Assembly (NCBI RefSeq): GCF_001194135.2
Contig: NC_068981.1
Location: 15,655,094 to 15,696,594 of the forward strand
DNA length: 41,501 bases
Reading direction: 5' to 3'
DNA from: Octopus bimaculoides
Lineage: Eukaryota
Part shown: positions 38,860 through 41,501 of the stretch, in pieces
Position numbering within the stretch: the first letter of the stretch is position 1
How the letters are laid out: the number at the start of each line of letters is the position of its first letter
Notes under the pieces: model-generated
What the model was told of the DNA's origin: nothing
Database searches by the model: none
What the model saw: the letters and a program-made list of their open reading frames with translations, nothing else
Made by a program: the position numbers and the translations under genes

Positions 38860-39637
38860 CTCTATGAAGGCGTCCCTAATTTGCTTCGGGAAATGCTGTA
38901 GAGCTTCGTCGGCATCCAACCACTGAGCGGAGCGTCGCCAATTGTAAAAAATCCACTTTTCATCGCAAGTCACAATCCGGTCGAGAAATGGGTCGTTCTT
39001 GTTGCACAAAAGAAGGGAAGATNNNNNNNNNNNNNNNNNNNNNNNNNNNNNNNNNNNNNNNNNNNNNNNNNNNNNNNNNNNNNNNNNNNNNNNNNNNNNN
39101 NNNNNNNNNNNNNNNNNNNNNNNNNNNNNNNNNNNNNNNNNNNNNNNNNNNNNNNNNNNCGTTACGTCTAATTCAGAAGCAAGTTCTCGAATAGTTGTGC
39201 GTGGATTGGCTTCCACTAAGGCTCTTAGTTGATCGTTGTCAACATCGGATGGCCGACTACTAAACTTATCATCTTCAAGACTCTCGTCACCGCTACGAAA
39301 TTTCTTGAAACACCATTGTGCTGTACGTTCATTAGTGGTTCCGAGGCCAAATGCATCGTTGATTCGTTGATATTGTCAGCTGTTTCAGCAGCTTCTCGGC
39401 CTAACTTGAACTGAAATAGAAAATTTTGCGAATTTGCTTTTTGTCCATGTTGTATTCAACGTTCAGGAAAAAATGGCCTAACTATTCAAAAAAAAAAAGA
39501 ATAACACGATTAGATAGAGCGAAAAACGGGCTTTAAAATGATATATAAAGTCAATGTAATTTAACGGAAATTAATTTGAATTTACATCATTTAAAACCAA
39601 AATTTAAAATTCCGCAATAACTATTTTGACAACCTAA
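38860..39637 (-). mobile_element. mariner element relic (5' TIR plus truncated transposase pseudogene)
   Basis: TA (39638-39639) plus TTAGGTTGTCAAAATAGTTATTGCGG TIR. ATG at 39448 gives MDKKQIRKIF...FKLGREAAETA...FRSGDESLED...VEANPRTTIRELASELDV...FLDRIVTCDEKWIFY...WLD...HFPK. The second and third catalytic D regions and the 3' TIR are missing, so the left boundary is uncertain (38860-38884). An N-gap lies inside. Confidence 0.92.
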
Positions 39638-39680
39638 TAGATTGTTCCGAATATTATGAATATTAAAACTTTCTGTTACA

Positions 39681-40067
39681 CGTATAACCAACTATTCTTT
39701 CACTGAGTGATAGCGTCCATTTATTGAGTAGATGTTATAACATCTCATGTTTAATGCATTACGATATTATAGTCGCTTTATAAAAATAAAGGCAACAGAA
39801 TTGTTGCCTTGCTTTTTATAAATCAAAACCTAAGGCCTTCTTTGCTAGCCGTTAAAATTATCGTTTCACAGATGGTTACCCGTATAACCATTTATTCTTT
39901 CACTGCATTATAGCATCTATTCATTGAGTAGATATTATGTGTCATGTTTAATGCATTACGATATTATAATCGCTTTATAAAAATCAAGGCAACATAAATG
40001 TTGCCTTGGTTTTTATATATTAAAATATAAGGCTTTCTTTGCTAGCCGTTAAAATTATCGTTTCACA
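39681..40067. repeat. Two-copy 200-bp tandem repeat, each unit with a long hairpin
   Basis: CGTATAACCA at 39681 and 39881. Both copies end GCTAGCCGTTAAAATTATCGTTTCACA. The inverted repeats are at 39779-39820 and 39976-40017. Confidence 0.9.
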
Positions 40068-40775
40068 CAACCGAGATTACACATACACCATTTGTGTTTG
40101 TATTTTATTTATTATCTGAATATTCAACCATAGCTACGATTTTTGAGTTGCCCCACATTTGTTTCCATCATTCTATTTATGTAACAATTTTTTTTATTAT
40201 ATTAGAATCTGTTGAGTTCCTATCGTGGAATCACTACAAACACTGTCGATCTTCTAGTTATTTAAATAAACTGAAGACTAAATAGCGATGATTTTATATA
40301 CACAAAATATTGACTATCCAGAGAACAATATACCCAGCATATTTTGTATAATAGTTAGGCTAGATAAATTGAGTTCTCAAACAATTCGCTAGCATAAGAA
40401 ATGAAAATACACCTCACTAAGTAATCATATATAAGGGGTTATTTTCATAGATTACTTTCATCTCCAGGGACTTCTTCAGTTCATTCACTTTTCCGCCTTA
40501 TTGAAAGCAGTATATTATCAAAGATACTGATGTGAAGAGAAACTTATACTTGTTCGTTCTAAAAGCTTTGTTAGAGTAAATATTCGGTCTATCATTCTGT
40601 AGATATTGTGACAGCTTGTTTGCTCCCTCGATGGTTAAACTTCGAGATAATTCAATAGCTTGTCATTTTGTTCTGTATAAACACCTTCCTAGAGTATCCT
40701 GATATAGATGTTCTTTCACCGACTTTCCAAAACGGGAAGAATGGCACTGAAAGAGATACTATCTCTCCAAAATGA

Positions 40776-41271
40776 TTAAATCATATGTCTCTTTTGAAGA
40801 TTGAATTAAATGATCAATTCCCTAGGGTTAGTGGGGGGTTGTATAGAGACGACTGCCTGTCATATGTTAGGAATTGCTCAAACCAGGAACTACAGAGAAT
40901 TAAGGGTAGGCTGGCTAGATTTTTCAGCAGAATGGGGATGGGTATAGTTTACGAAAATGATGTCTCAGTAGCAAATTTCCTAGACGTAACATTAGATATT
41001 AAGAATAAAACATATAGACCATACCACAAACCCCTAACAAACCTACAGTATATAAGTAAATCAAGTAACCATCCTAGGGCTATAATAGAGAATCTAGTAA
41101 AAAATATATCTTTAAGACTCTCCAAATTATCTGCTAACAATAGGGTATTTAATAATGAAGCTAATTTATATAATCCAGCACTAAATAAGGCAGGATATAA
41201 AGAAAGGGTCTCCTATATTGAAAATGGTAGCAAAGGAATTGAAACAACTGACAATAATAATAATAATAATG

Positions 41272-41313
<42 letters not shown>

Positions 41314-41501
41314 GGAATAAACACAAAGTAAATAAACTAAATAAACCAAAGTACCCTCATAAAAACAACATAGGTAACTTAAAATTCTTTAAAAACAATA
41401 TTAATAACCATGAGGATAATAATAAGGATAATAAAATCTGGCTCATAATCCCATTTGGGAGGAATATCAAGAGTAATCTGATAGCTAAGTTTAGAGAAGT
41501 G
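40776..41501 (+). CDS. Penelope-like element reverse transcriptase, partial (5'-truncated, open to the window end)
   Basis: Hand translation gives 242 stop-free codons after TGA 40773-40775: ...QFPRVSGGLYRDDCL (YRDD at 40842-40853)...NFLDVTLD...YRPYHKP...YISKSSNHP...NISLRLSKLS...ALNKAGY...N6-D-N13...KIWLIIPF. The ORF track misses it because it has no stop codon. Confidence 0.9.

Larger units (their letters stand above)
4265..39159. other. Assembly gaps (N runs): 4265-4357, 9223-10062, 13505-13631, 14185-14254, 17970-18916, 24413-24469, 39023-39159
   Basis: Visible N runs, most of them flanked by (TA)n or (CA)n tracts. Confidence 1.

Noticed and set aside
40445-40480. Minus-strand CTGAAGA...GAAAG(taat)CTA hammerhead-like motif
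   Set aside because: Stem II and stem I are essentially unpaired, so this is compatible with chance.

Overview
This is AT-rich, microsatellite-dense eukaryotic DNA with seven N-gaps, which points to a short-read scaffold. The SINE families suggest an octopus (coleoid cephalopod) genome; that assignment is an inference. I found no credible host protein-coding exon, and almost every ORF in the supplied track is a microsatellite or N-gap artefact. The window is a transposon graveyard. It holds seven tRNA-derived SINE copies (four with clear 13-16 bp target-site duplications), a maT/DD37D mariner relic, a FLYWCH-MULE transposase pseudogene with subterminal repeats, an RTE-LINE endonuclease fragment, an internally deleted Helitron with both ends, a second mariner relic, and a stop-free Penelope-like reverse transcriptase ORF running off the right edge that the ORF track misses. 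The best find is two minus-strand minimal type I hammerhead ribozyme motifs: 38743-38785 with an intact catalytic core, and 4008-4066 slightly decayed. Both have a palindromic stem III, the design known from Penelope-like element repeats and retrozymes.
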